From assembly GCA_964467535.1 (NCBI GenBank), contig CAYXRT010000002.1, forward strand, positions 43,052-107,051: 64,000 nucleotides of DNA. The letters run 5' to 3'. The notes beneath the pieces are model-generated. The model had not been told where the DNA came from and did not search any database. It was given only the letters and a program-made list of their open reading frames with translations. The DNA is from an uncultured Desulfurococcales archaeon (lineage in GTDB: Archaea; Thermoproteota; Thermoprotei_A; Sulfolobales; WANQ01). The position numbers and the translations under genes were made by a program. Of the stretch, positions 21,347-31,777 are shown piece after piece. Each line of letters begins with the position of its first letter. Position 1 is the first letter of the stretch.

Positions 21347-22582
21347 CTATCTATGTACTGGAGATTTAATGTTCTTCCTAAATTTCCATCGTGGCTTTAT
21401 GCTTGTAACTTCTGGTCCTCTTAGATAAACGGCTTTCAATATAGGTGGTGTTAGAAAGTTAGTTACAAGTACTATCATTAATGCCGCTAAATATGCTTCA
21501 TAACTCAGTATACCTTTAGTAACTGCTAAGTATGCAGCAATTATACAGAACTCTGCACGTGGGAATAATCCTACAGCTACCCTTAAAGCAGACCATAAGG
21601 GATAACCCATAATATATGATGCTAAACCTCCACCTAGAATTTTACCTGCAAAGGCTGTAGCTACCATAACTATGTAGAAGGGCACATAGTTGGGGTTCAT
21701 GACAATTCTTATATCAATGGTAGCGGCTGTCATCATGAAGAATAATGTTGAGAAGGGAATTGATAAGGCCCTTACACTTTCAGCAACCCTCCTAACACCT
21801 CGTACTTCAGAAAATGCTAGTCCTACAGCATAAGCCATTACTAAATACGAAATACCTATATATTTTGCTAGATAGGCTAATAGAGCGAATATTCCAAAGA
21901 TTATTGCAAATAAGGACTCCTCTACATGCAATTTTATGGCGTATCTAGCTAAACGACTACTTAATCTATGAAGTGAGAATACTATTAAAAACCAAGCTGT
22001 AAACGCCGTAATGGCAATGCGCAGTAACTCAATTATATTAAAGGAACCCATAGTCGCTAATGAAGTACCGGCAACAATAATTATAAGCGCAGCTAAATCA
22101 TCTAATACAGCAATGCCTAATACTGTCCTACCTTCAATGGTAGTTAGCTTATCTATTTCTATTAAAGTCCTAACAGATAAGCTAACGCTTGTAGCTACGA
22201 GTATAGTTCCAATAAAATATGCTTTTAGGGGAGTATATCCAAAACATACTCCAATAATATATCCTAAGAGAAATGCACTAAATACTTCACCAACTGTTAT
22301 CAATCCATATGTAGGAACATGTTTCATAAACTCCCTATATCTAGTTTCTAGTCCTGCATAGAACAGAAGTAAAGTTATTCCAAACCATGAAAATACATTG
22401 ACAACATCAGTAACCGGATATACTCCTAACAGAGTTTTACCTAAGATTAAACCAGCTACTAGATCTCCTATAACTGGAGGAGCACCAAGTCTTACAAAGA
22501 CTTCCTCAAAAAGTTTCCCGAGAATTAGAGCTAACCCTAATGCTAGAAACACTTCATATATTAGCTCTTCAACCCCAGGCAT
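21347..22582 (-). CDS. Cation:proton antiporter (CPA2)
   Basis: About 12 TM segments; AGLE, ATSV, AVLDD, PRAEF. Confidence 0.9.
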   Translation of the reverse strand: MPGVEELIYEVFLALGLALILGKLFEEVFVRLGAPPVIGDLVAGLILGKTLLGVYPVTDVVNVFSWFGITLLLFYAGLETRYREFMKHVPTYGLITVGEVFSAFLLGYIIGVCFGYTPLKAYFIGTILVATSVSLSVRTLIEIDKLTTIEGRTVLGIAVLDDLAALIIIVAGTSLATMGSFNIIELLRIAITAFTAWFLIVFSLHRLSSRLARYAIKLHVEESLFAIIFGIFALLAYLAKYIGISYLVMAYAVGLAFSEVRGVRRVAESVRALSIPFSTLFFMMTAATIDIRIVMNPNYVPFYIVMVATAFAGKILGGGLASYIMGYPLWSALRVAVGLFPRAEFCIIAAYLAVTKGILSYEAYLAALMIVLVTNFLTPPILKAVYLRGPEVTSIKPRWKFRKNIKSPVHR

Positions 22583-22915
22583 AGTAGCCCCCCTTCTGAG
22601 AAGAAACTAGTGAACATTCATATAGGACGAGTATTAATGTTTACTCTCAATAGTTTTACATCCATGCACATAGATGTGATATATAAGCTTTACAGATGAC
22701 ATCTATTCATTAAATGTGTAATGATACCTCACCACCCTAACAATTTTCATTTCCTCACTTAATGTACTAACGCTTCATAAAATAAAAGTAATGCTGGATT
22801 AAACTATTACTAAATGATGAATTTTCTCTTACCCCAAGTATAAGAATCAGTAATTTAATGAAAGTCATTAATTATTAAAGCTTATAGGCCATACAAAACC
22901 TAAGAATGATTTATA

Positions 22916-23329
22916 TTATTTTAATGAACGAATCCCTAAAGCCACTAGTACTAGTATTATACCTATGATAATAAGTAAGATACCCACTCCTACCTTAATG
23001 AAGCTCCAGATAAAACTCCATAGTTTGAATATTAAGCTCCAATTCCATATAGGCGTTAACATTAAGCCTATAACAATTAGCAGTACTCCTAGAAGTAGTA
23101 GGGTATACTTTCTAGGAGGTATAGTAGATATTCTCATGCACTCTTCTCCATTTTCAGGCAATATTATACAAGCTGAAAAGTATAGTATAATAGCCGCTAT
23201 AGGGTTTAAGATGAAAAATACTACATATCCAAGTCTGATAATTGATGGGTCTATGTTAAGGTATTTAGCTAGGCCACTGCAAATACCACAAACCAAGGCG
23301 TCTTTTTTGCTTCTGCATAGCCTTTTCAC
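22916..23329 (-). CDS. PspC-domain membrane protein
   Basis: KRLCRSKKDALVCGICSGLAKYLNIDP followed by TM helices. Confidence 0.85.
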   Translation of the reverse strand: MKRLCRSKKDALVCGICSGLAKYLNIDPSIIRLGYVVFFILNPIAAIILYFSACIILPENGEECMRISTIPPRKYTLLLLGVLLIVIGLMLTPIWNWSLIFKLWSFIWSFIKVGVGILLIIIGIILVLVALGIRSLK

Positions 23330-23397
23330 TTATATTCACCTATAATTGTAATTTAGCCTAGTCATGTTAATAAGCTCGGTATAACTATATTAATCTA

Positions 23398-23455
23398 TAG
23401 ATGATGAGAAGGGCCCTTAATTGATTAAATGATAAGTGGTTTCGCGCACTGATAT
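23398..23455 (+). ncRNA. Box C/D guide sRNA
   Basis: ATGATGA-gaagggcccttaa-TTGA-ttaa-ATGATAA-gtggtttcgcgca-CTGA. Confidence 0.82.
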
Positions 23456-23517
23456 GCATTGATTTAATGATTAATACTTAAATAGTATAGCTAAACTCCT
23501 TTCAAATAAGGATTTAT

Positions 23518-24072
23518 ATGTGGTGGATTAACGATCTAGGATTTGCGGCATTAATGATATTCATGGCTGAATTTGCAGACAAGACTATGCTCGCTACGGT
23601 ATCACTAGCTATTACGTCAAGGAGGGTTTTAGCTATAATCCTTATATCTACATTTGCATTCATATTAGCTAATCTAATAGCTCTAGCAACAGCATTAATA
23701 TTAAAGTATATGATTTCTTATGAAATTCTCAGGGTAATTTCATCTATACTCTTCGTATCCTTCGGACTTGTTTTTATATTTAAGAAGGGTGAACATCGAG
23801 AAATGGCATATAAGGGCTTATGGGCTACCTTAATATTAGTGTTTACCTCAGAGCTTGGTGATAAGACTCAGTTATCTCTCATCGCGATAGCTCTTAGATC
23901 AAAATGCTTAATAGCAGTACTCTTCGGGTCTGCCTTAGGTTATTTAACATTAAATCTTCTTGCAGTAGCCTTTCTCTCAAAGATAATTAAGGTAGAAGCT
24001 TCCAAGGCAATGAAGGTTATTGGAGCGTTATTTATTGTACTTGGCATATTGGTGTTCTTTAACATTATATGA
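23518..24072 (+). CDS. TMEM165/GDT1 (UPF0016) family transporter
   Basis: Two E-x-G/A-D-K-T motifs (AEFADKT, SELGDKT). Confidence 0.9.
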   Translation: MWWINDLGFAALMIFMAEFADKTMLATVSLAITSRRVLAIILISTFAFILANLIALATALILKYMISYEILRVISSILFVSFGLVFIFKKGEHREMAYKGLWATLILVFTSELGDKTQLSLIAIALRSKCLIAVLFGSALGYLTLNLLAVAFLSKIIKVEASKAMKVIGALFIVLGILVFFNII

Positions 24073-24085
24073 TTGTTATAGAATA

Positions 24086-24142
24086 CTTCGGTTCAGCGAA
24101 GAGATCATCACTCATCAGCTCCGCTGGAAGACCACATCCTAT
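24086..24142 (-). ncRNA. Probable box C/D sRNA with a degenerate C box
   Basis: Minus strand: AGGATGT-ggtcttccagcggag-CTGA-tga-GTGATGA-tctcttcgctgaa-CCGA. Confidence 0.5.
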
Positions 24143-24192
24143 TTAGATATCATTAAATATTAGTTTATAAACTACGTTCTCCCAAGAACATA

Positions 24193-26086
24193 ATGTATAT
24201 TTCAGTTAAGCGTGTATTGAGAGAAGCATTAATAAATAGATTTGACCAATGTAGTGTATGTTCTTAGGGATATGGGAGCCTTGAGTCTATCAAAAATTAT
24301 TCCTCCAGTTGAAGAGATGGCTATTGAAGGATTTAAGCAGGCTTTCAGAAGAATATTGGAGATCAAAAGAAGGGCTGGTATACCTCTTCTTCTTGATAAC
24401 CCGCCTGACCTATTTGAGAGGGCTAAACTATACGGTGTACAGTATAAGAATGGTTCATGGAATTGGGCTTCAAACATATGGCATCGTTCTGCAGCTAATA
24501 CTATTGTTATAGAAAGTGATGATCAGCTTAGGTATGAACATAAATTATTGATGGTTAGAGTTTTGGAGCATTCACTTGCTCAAGGACCATTAATTAAAGT
24601 TGATGGTTATGTAGGTAAACCTGGTACTAAAGCACAGATGCACGCAACGGTTTATGCAGACCCTCAATTCCCTGATATAGCATATAGATGGAAGTAACTT
24701 GTCTTTCCGGCACCTCCGGACGAACCACCTGATGTGGAGTTAATCGACATACCTCATTATCTGAGGAATCCAATGATTCCCGGAACTAATAAATTGCTAA
24801 TGGTAATGAGGTTTCCGCACCATAACCTCACAATAATTACTACAACTTCATATCAAGGCGAGGTTAAAATAGCTGTCCTAACACATTGGATATATCATGT
24901 ATATAAACGTGGCAGTACAGGTGAGCATGCTGCCCTTAGAGAGTTCACAGTTAAGAGAATTGATGGTACTTGGAAAAGAATTGTTCTCTGTATTTGGGGT
25001 CTTACTGGTGCGGGTAAATCAACTCATGGACTATACGTATGGACTCCGAGAAATGCAAAGAAGTACATAGAACAATTTGGTATTAATCCATTAGATTACG
25101 TTAAGGACCAGGTAATTAAGAATGATGATATAGTTGCGTTTTTCGAAGATCGTGTTATAGGTTCAGAAAGAGGTGCATGGACGAAAACTGAAGATCTTAC
25201 ACTAGAACAAGAGGCTATGTGGAGAGCCGCTAATAGCCCTAGAGCTTTACATGAAAATACGGAATTTGATGAGAATGATTATCCTTGATTTGAAGGGAAA
25301 CTGTTCCAGTATTTTGATGCACCAAATAGAAATGCTAGGAGCGTTATATTCCTAGAGGATATAGGGTATTTTGATGGCGATGTAGAATCAAGCGGTCCCC
25401 TAACAACAGCTGTCTTCCTCGCACCAGGATACTTTACTGACTATGCATGGGTTAAAATAACGGATCCTGCCTTTGCAGCAAAGGTATTAGCTAATGGTAG
25501 AACCATAGGCCATCCAGCACAGGCTAAAGAAGTTAATGGAAGAGTTAGGTATGTGGCTATGGCTAGATATGCTCAACCCTTTACAATGGGTATACCGAAT
25601 ACGGCTCATGTAGTAAGGTTTTATGAGTATTTAAAGAAAAGACAGGAAAAAGGTGATCCTATCGAAGTGTATCAATTCAATATTACTGGGAGAATTATTG
25701 CAAAATATAAGTGGGTTGAGAAAAAACTTGGAGATAAGACTATAATGGCTCCTGGGTCTAAACTTATGGAAGTTAATGGAATACCAAGACCTGTAGACGG
25801 AACTCAACCAACAATTGAAGAAACAGAGCTATTCCTATTACAGACGGTTCGTGGAGCAGTTAAATACAAACCCCACCCAGTATGGGGTGGGAAAGTTCTA
25901 GTACCTGTAGAGATGCCAGGTATATCTCAAGAGAGATTAAAGCAATTAGATCCAACATCATATGTGTCTATGGAGGGGTTCAAAGCATTACTTAAGGCAC
26001 AAATAGAAGAAAGTAAATACTGGTTAGATAAAAATTGTCCAGGTCTACCCAAGGAGATGTATCATGCAATGGATTTCGATGATTAA
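24193..26086 (+). pseudogene. Phosphoenolpyruvate carboxykinase (ATP-type fold) pseudogene
   Basis: The ORFs at 24242, 24734 and 25553 share one frame, broken by TAA (24695-24697) and TGA (25286-25288). Motifs WGLTGAGKSTHG, NDD, GSERGAWTKT, RNARSVI. Possible extra frameshift near 24240. Confidence 0.8.
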
Positions 26087-26151
26087 AATACGTACTTAAC
26101 ACTTATCTATACCAGGTGATGGTACTAAGTAAAAGATGTTGTTTTAAATGG

Positions 26152-27039
26152 TTAAACAGTTCTTTCTTCCCTGTAATATGGTTTAGCAAGTGCACTGGGA
26201 GCTTTAAGCCTCTTCCTAAGAGGAGTTGACATAAAAGCTGATAGTACTCCTAGCGCTACTATATATGGTAGCATGTTCAATAGGCTTGCATGTACACCGT
26301 ATGTTAATTGAAAGCTCCATACATTTACTTCGACATATGCAAATAACATACTGACAAGTAGTAGTAATATGGGATTCCATCCAGAAACTATAACTGCAGC
26401 TAATGCTATCCAACCTCTTCCTACACCTAAACCCTCGGTCCAGAAACCCATGTATTCTAAAAGAAATAATGCACCTCCAATAGATATTAATGCTGAACCT
26501 GTAACTGTACATATATATCGTACAAGATATACATTTACTCCTAATGCCTCTGCTGCATGTGGATTCTCTCCTACAGCACGAATCATAGAACCTATTTTTA
26601 ACTTGAACAAAATAATCCATGTTATAACCGATAACAAAATACATGCACTAAGACCTATTGATTCAGGTAAAATAAGTTTACTAGGCAGAGGTTTACCTAA
26701 TTGAAGTTTACCTACTATGCTTGCTAAGCCATAGCCTACCATTGTTAATGCCAATCCATTAACTACCTGATTTCCCATTAAAGTTATTGATATGAAGCCA
26801 TGTACGAGGCCTATAAGGGCCCCAAATAGAGCTGGAGCAATTAATGCAATGAACAAGTTATTCGTCATGACAACTAACGTAAATGCTAGTGCTGATCCAA
26901 GTACAAATATTCCATCAATACCTAAGTTTAATATCCCGCTTCTCTCAGTTATTAACTCACCTAACGAAGCAATAAATATTGGTATCATTGCAGGTATGAA
27001 AACCTTTATTGAGTTGATAATGATGGCTAGCGGCTCCAC
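26152..27039 (-). CDS. Nucleoside-type ABC transporter permease
   Basis: ERSGILNLGIDG, IRAVGENP, GRGWIALAAV. Confidence 0.9.
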   Translation of the reverse strand: MEPLAIIINSIKVFIPAMIPIFIASLGELITERSGILNLGIDGIFVLGSALAFTLVVMTNNLFIALIAPALFGALIGLVHGFISITLMGNQVVNGLALTMVGYGLASIVGKLQLGKPLPSKLILPESIGLSACILLSVITWIILFKLKIGSMIRAVGENPHAAEALGVNVYLVRYICTVTGSALISIGGALFLLEYMGFWTEGLGVGRGWIALAAVIVSGWNPILLLLVSMLFAYVEVNVWSFQLTYGVHASLLNMLPYIVALGVLSAFMSTPLRKRLKAPSALAKPYYREERTV

Positions 27040-28091
27040 TTTATTATCACCTTGAATTTAGTTAGTACTTCAAGTGCTATTAAAAACACTAATATTGAAC
27101 CTATGAATACAAATGAAGTCCCCATACCTGTTTGGAATTCTATTTGGAGAGTATCTGCTGCAATTCTTAGCCCTGCAATGAATATCCCGGTAATAATCGT
27201 TACTAGCGGATTAAGTCTTGCAAGCCATGCAACAATTATTGCAGTATATCCAAGACCCGCACCTACTCTTACTCCAGGTAGTAATCGGTAATGGACGCCA
27301 GCGACTTCAAATACTCCTGCAATTCCAGCTACACCACCACTAAGAATCATTGCTAATGTGACTACCTTTAGCGGGTCGATTCCGGCAATGAATGCAGCCT
27401 CTGGATTTGCACCGTACATGCGTATTTCGTATCCTATTTTAGTGTACTTAATAATAAGGTACAACAACGTAGCTGCAATAATCGATATAGTAAGAGCTTC
27501 AGGAGATATAGTTGTTCTAGGTATATGCATAAGCCATGCTGTCTTAGGGAATGTATCTGATCTCGGATAACCATACTCATGTACGCCTTTCCAAGGCCCA
27601 TAAACTAGGTAATCGGCAAAGTAATATGCTACATAGTTCAACATTAACGTTGATAACACCTCATTGACTTCCAAACGTAATCGCAAGATACCAGCTACTA
27701 ATGCCCATAGAGCACCCGCTATAAACCCCATAAATATCATTACTATTATTGCGATTATAGGGATTCTACCCATAGGAGTATATAATGCGATCCAGGTTGC
27801 AGCTATAGCTCCTATAACTAACTGTCCCTCGGCTCCTATATTCCATATATTAGCTCTGAATGCTATACATAGGCCAGCGCCACATAGTATTAATGGTATA
27901 GCAAATCTTAGAATGTTTATCCAGGTAAATGAAGTTAAAACGACTCGTAATGTGTAAAGAGGACTTATACCATAAACGATACCAAGTATAATTGATGCTA
28001 CAAGAATTCCCAGTAAGCAAGACGTTACGGGAATGAGAATTTCTGAATAAGGTAGAGGTTTCTTTCTTAATTTAAGTTCAAATCTTAGCAG
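27027..28091 (-). CDS. Nucleoside-type ABC transporter permease (probable CTG start, ~354 aa)
   Basis: The frame stays open for 106 codons upstream of the track ATG at 27773 and includes the family motif WNIGAEGQ. CTG at 28091-28089 follows a GGTGA SD. Confidence 0.85.
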   Translation of the reverse strand: MLRFELKLRKKPLPYSEILIPVTSCLLGILVASIILGIVYGISPLYTLRVVLTSFTWINILRFAIPLILCGAGLCIAFRANIWNIGAEGQLVIGAIAATWIALYTPMGRIPIIAIIVMIFMGFIAGALWALVAGILRLRLEVNEVLSTLMLNYVAYYFADYLVYGPWKGVHEYGYPRSDTFPKTAWLMHIPRTTISPEALTISIIAATLLYLIIKYTKIGYEIRMYGANPEAAFIAGIDPLKVVTLAMILSGGVAGIAGVFEVAGVHYRLLPGVRVGAGLGYTAIIVAWLARLNPLVTIITGIFIAGLRIAADTLQIEFQTGMGTSFVFIGSILVFLIALEVLTKFKVIIKWSR

Positions 28092-29622
28092 TACCCATCA
28101 CCATCATAAGTTCTATAGTTCTCAACGGGGTATTTCTAGGATTTACAACTCCGACTATTTCACCATTATACATTACCATAACCCTATCACTTAGGCTTAT
28201 TACTTCTTCAAGATCTTCAGATACTAGGAGAATTCCTACACCATGATTACGGTAGTTTATGAAGAGGTTACGAATTCTCATTGCTGAGTATTCGTCGAGA
28301 TTTCTTGTTGGATTTACTGCTATTACTATGCGAGGATTTAGTGTGAATTCACGGGCAATGACAAGTTTTTGAATATTGCCTCCTGATAGATGTTTAGCAT
28401 ATTCTTTAATACCAGGCGTGACTATGTTGAAATATTTAACTATTTTCTTAGACCACTCCTCTATTACTTCAAAATTTAATACGAGTCCTTTAGAGAAGGG
28501 CTCTTTATAATAGCTTTTAAGGATAAGGTTTTCTGCTATATTTGCATCAAGAATCACTCCCTGCTTTAACGCATTTTCAGGTATAAAGGCTACGCCAAGC
28601 TTTAACCTAATTCTTGGAGGCTTCCTAGTAACATCCTCGCCCAATATCTCTACTCTTCCTTGCTCGATTTTTCTTAATCCCATGAGAGCTTCAATTAATT
28701 CCTTTTGACCATTACCTGTAATTCCTGCAATTCCTAATATTTCTCCTTTAAATAGATTAAATGACACATTTCTAACAGCCAATCCGCCATGGTCTCCTCT
28801 AACATACACGCCTTCAACCTTCATTACAATGTCTTTTCTTCCTTGAATTACTCTTTTCACCATGCTGTTGTTTGTATAAGTTACTGATCCATTAAACATT
28901 AGCTTTGAGAGCATCTCTATATTTACTTCACTAGGTTTAACTACCGCTACTACTCGTCCTCTCCTCATTACAGTAATCCTATCAGCTAAATGTAAAGCTT
29001 CCTTTAACTTATGGGTTATTAGGATAATTCCTTTACCTTCTCGTGCCATTTTCTTCATGAACTTATATAACTTGTCTTTATCTTGTGAAGGCAGTAATGT
29101 CGTTGCTTCATCAAAGATTATGACTTGTGCATTGATGATTAATGCTTTGAGTATTTCAACTAATTGTTTTTGAGTATAACTTAGCTGCCATGTAGGTTTA
29201 TTGGGATCTATCTTAATGTCGTACTTTCTGCTTAATTCTTTAATGCAATTCGATATTTTTCTTATGGATGATATGGGCTTTAAATCCCTAATGCTTAAGG
29301 CGATATTCTCTGCTACTGTAAGATCATCAATTAATTGGGGATATTGATGAACCATTACTATGCCTAACTTAAGTGCATCTCTAGGGTTCTTTATGTGTAC
29401 TTTCCTTCCTTTAAAATATATTTCTCCTTTATCAGGACTATAGACGCCATATAGTATCTTAACTAATGTTGATTTTCCTGCCCCATTTTCTCCTAATAGG
29501 ACATGTATTTCTCCAGGTCGTAGATTAAAATAGACGTTATCGTTAGCAATTACATTGGGTGGAAAGGTCTTTACTATACCTTTCATTTCTATAAGATACT
29601 CAAGGCGTTTCAAGACTATCAC
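28078..29622 (-). CDS. ABC transporter ATP-binding protein (two NBDs, CUT2 type)
   Basis: GENGAGKST, LSGGNIQK, ITHKL. Confidence 0.93.
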   Translation of the reverse strand: MIVLKRLEYLIEMKGIVKTFPPNVIANDNVYFNLRPGEIHVLLGENGAGKSTLVKILYGVYSPDKGEIYFKGRKVHIKNPRDALKLGIVMVHQYPQLIDDLTVAENIALSIRDLKPISSIRKISNCIKELSRKYDIKIDPNKPTWQLSYTQKQLVEILKALIINAQVIIFDEATTLLPSQDKDKLYKFMKKMAREGKGIILITHKLKEALHLADRITVMRRGRVVAVVKPSEVNIEMLSKLMFNGSVTYTNNSMVKRVIQGRKDIVMKVEGVYVRGDHGGLAVRNVSFNLFKGEILGIAGITGNGQKELIEALMGLRKIEQGRVEILGEDVTRKPPRIRLKLGVAFIPENALKQGVILDANIAENLILKSYYKEPFSKGLVLNFEVIEEWSKKIVKYFNIVTPGIKEYAKHLSGGNIQKLVIAREFTLNPRIVIAVNPTRNLDEYSAMRIRNLFINYRNHGVGILLVSEDLEEVISLSDRVMVMYNGEIVGVVNPRNTPLRTIELMMVMGTAKI

Positions 29623-29662
29623 CCTTAATTATTAAAAAACATTTAATATTTAATTAAAAGGT

Positions 29663-31003
29663 TTATTTACCTAGCTTGCCTTTGTATATAACCCAATCAA
29701 CGAACCAATCCATATTCCATAACTCGTCGTGTCCTAATCTTACGCCACTAGGAATACTTACTTTCTCCTTAGGATTATCCTTCTTGTAACCTGTTAATGG
29801 TCCAGTAAATGGATCAAATATGGGTGCATAGCCAGGCATAGATTCGTATTTGTGCGTTACTGCTGTTCCTTGAAGTGCCGCTAATAGAGGAGCCTCTTTC
29901 ATTTGCATGTATCTTAACATTATTAAGTCGTAAACTGAGAGCTTTCTACCCGTTAGCTTATCTTTAACTATAATGTTCTTTAACATTGGTATAAACTTCG
30001 GATTAATAACCATAACAGAACCGTTTGGGTATATCTCGCAACCTAACTCTACGGCTCCTGTATTTAGTAGATACCAATAATCAACATTTTCAAGTACGCC
30101 TGGCCTATATATTCCGGCTTTTATCTTTGCTAAAATGTCTATGTATATTACTTCCCATCGCACCAGTTGACCGCTGACGACTACGTCAGGTCCAAATTTG
30201 TACATAGGACTATAATGGCTAAATACGTATACGGGCTTTCCTTGCTTGTAGTAACTCTCTGCCAACTCTATTATTGCTGGAGAATCTTCTGTAAATGCTA
30301 TCACATCACATCCATAATGGTCTATGAGTGTACGTGCTGCCTCTCTTGCTTTTTCTGGCGCATACCATGCACCGATCTCTATTACATATACTTCTATCTT
30401 TTTACCTAATTGTTCTCCTACCTCCTTAGCTCCAATAGCAAATGCATTTATATGCCTCACGACCTCTGGTATGGTGTGAGCAGCGACATAACCTATTTTA
30501 CCTGTTTTCGTGAGTGCTCCAGCCATTAGTCCATTAAGATAATATATTTGATATAAGTCTGCGAAATATGTTGCCATGTTTGGTGCTCTCTTATAACCTG
30601 AGCAATGGAAAAACATGATATCAGGGTGCTTAAGCGCTTCCTCGTATGTTGCATCCATGTGGTCGAAGCTTGTAGTGAATATTACTGTGAATCCTTCACC
30701 TATTAACCTTTCTATTACCTCCTTGGCTTTTTCCTCACTAACTCCCTCAACACATTTAGTTATTAACCATTCCTTGAATACTTCCTCAGCCTTTCTCCTT
30801 CCTACATCATGCATGTAGGTCCATCCGTAGTCTCCTATTGGTCCCACGTAAACCCAAGCTACCTTAATCTTTTCGGGAGGCTTGTATGTAGGTGTAGCCT
30901 CCTCTACATGACCCAGACCCGCCATGTACCCCGCTATGCCTGAGATAACTCCCACTACTATTATCAACACTATGGTTATTATAGGCCATCCTATTTTTAA
31001 CAT
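29663..31003 (-). CDS. BMP family ABC substrate-binding protein
   Basis: N-terminal TM; YVGPIGDYGWTY, IPEVVRHINAF, MDWFV. Confidence 0.9.
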   Translation of the reverse strand: MLKIGWPIITIVLIIVVGVISGIAGYMAGLGHVEEATPTYKPPEKIKVAWVYVGPIGDYGWTYMHDVGRRKAEEVFKEWLITKCVEGVSEEKAKEVIERLIGEGFTVIFTTSFDHMDATYEEALKHPDIMFFHCSGYKRAPNMATYFADLYQIYYLNGLMAGALTKTGKIGYVAAHTIPEVVRHINAFAIGAKEVGEQLGKKIEVYVIEIGAWYAPEKAREAARTLIDHYGCDVIAFTEDSPAIIELAESYYKQGKPVYVFSHYSPMYKFGPDVVVSGQLVRWEVIYIDILAKIKAGIYRPGVLENVDYWYLLNTGAVELGCEIYPNGSVMVINPKFIPMLKNIIVKDKLTGRKLSVYDLIMLRYMQMKEAPLLAALQGTAVTHKYESMPGYAPIFDPFTGPLTGYKKDNPKEKVSIPSGVRLGHDELWNMDWFVDWVIYKGKLGK

Positions 31004-31345
31004 AATTGTGTAACCCCTGATTCAGGGTGATAAGATTATCAATATTAAACCTTTCTCACATAATTATGTTAAGAACCGCCTTGGCAATTAATGGTGTTCA
31101 GCAGTATTACTATACTTGTAAACGATCCTTTTTACTCCTTGACCATAATATTTATATTTTTATCAACACTATATAACCATCAACATACGAGTTAAACAAT
31201 CCTATTGTGGTGGGAAATCTTGGCTAGGACCAGGTAATAAGTAGGTTAAATAAGCATCTTAAGAGCATTTATCTTTATCAATTGCTTGTAATGAAGAATA
31301 TAATACTATGGAATGGTTATGCATTTTAATACATCTAATGAAGAT

Positions 31346-31449
31346 TGGTGGGCCCGCGGGGATTTGAACCCCGGACCTCCGCCTATCTTAGGATGATATA
31401 TTGCCTGCCTCGTAAGGGCGGCGTCCTAACCGGGCTAGACGACGGGCCC
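31346..31449 (-). tRNA. tRNA-Val(TAC) with a 26-nt canonical 37/38 intron (31385-31410); CCA encoded
   Basis: GGGCCCG acceptor stem; anticodon arm CCGCC-CTTACG^A-GGCGG; BHB central helix CTTA/TAAG; TTCAAAT T-loop. Confidence 0.95.
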
Positions 31450-31573
31450 TGTCTTCCAGTTCCATCTCTTCTTTGCAGTGGCTTAATAGTTTTATCCTCT
31501 TTAAGATTATAATGACGTTTATGCTATGTACTTATAAACTTGTTCTAGTTTAGGCTCTAGAGGGTTAAGCAAT

Positions 31574-31777
31574 ATGCCCGTTGAAATCTACGATAAGAAT
31601 GAATTTATAGCTATTACTGAAAGAGCTATTGAATGCCGAGTAAAGAGGTTACCAAAGGAGGGTATTGCTAAAGTTAAAGCCAGGACTAAAAGTAAGTTAT
31701 ATACAATTAAGATCAAGTTAGATGAACTTGATGATTTCCTAAAGAAGCTAAAGTGCAAGGAAATAGTTGAAGTTTAG
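31574..31777 (+). CDS. rpl38e: 50S ribosomal protein eL38
   Basis: MPVEI...AKVKARTKSKLYT. Confidence 0.85.
   Translation: MPVEIYDKNEFIAITERAIECRVKRLPKEGIAKVKARTKSKLYTIKIKLDELDDFLKKLKCKEIVEV

Noticed and set aside
22814-22861. ATGATGA followed by a possible ATGA D box
   Set aside because: Internal boxes are unconvincing and the guides are AT-rich; too weak to call an sRNA.
24695-25288. Possible selenocysteine/pyrrolysine or read-through recoding in the PEPCK-like gene
   Set aside because: The stops differ (TAA and TGA), TAA is not recoded, and a probable frameshift is also present; a pseudogene is the simpler explanation.
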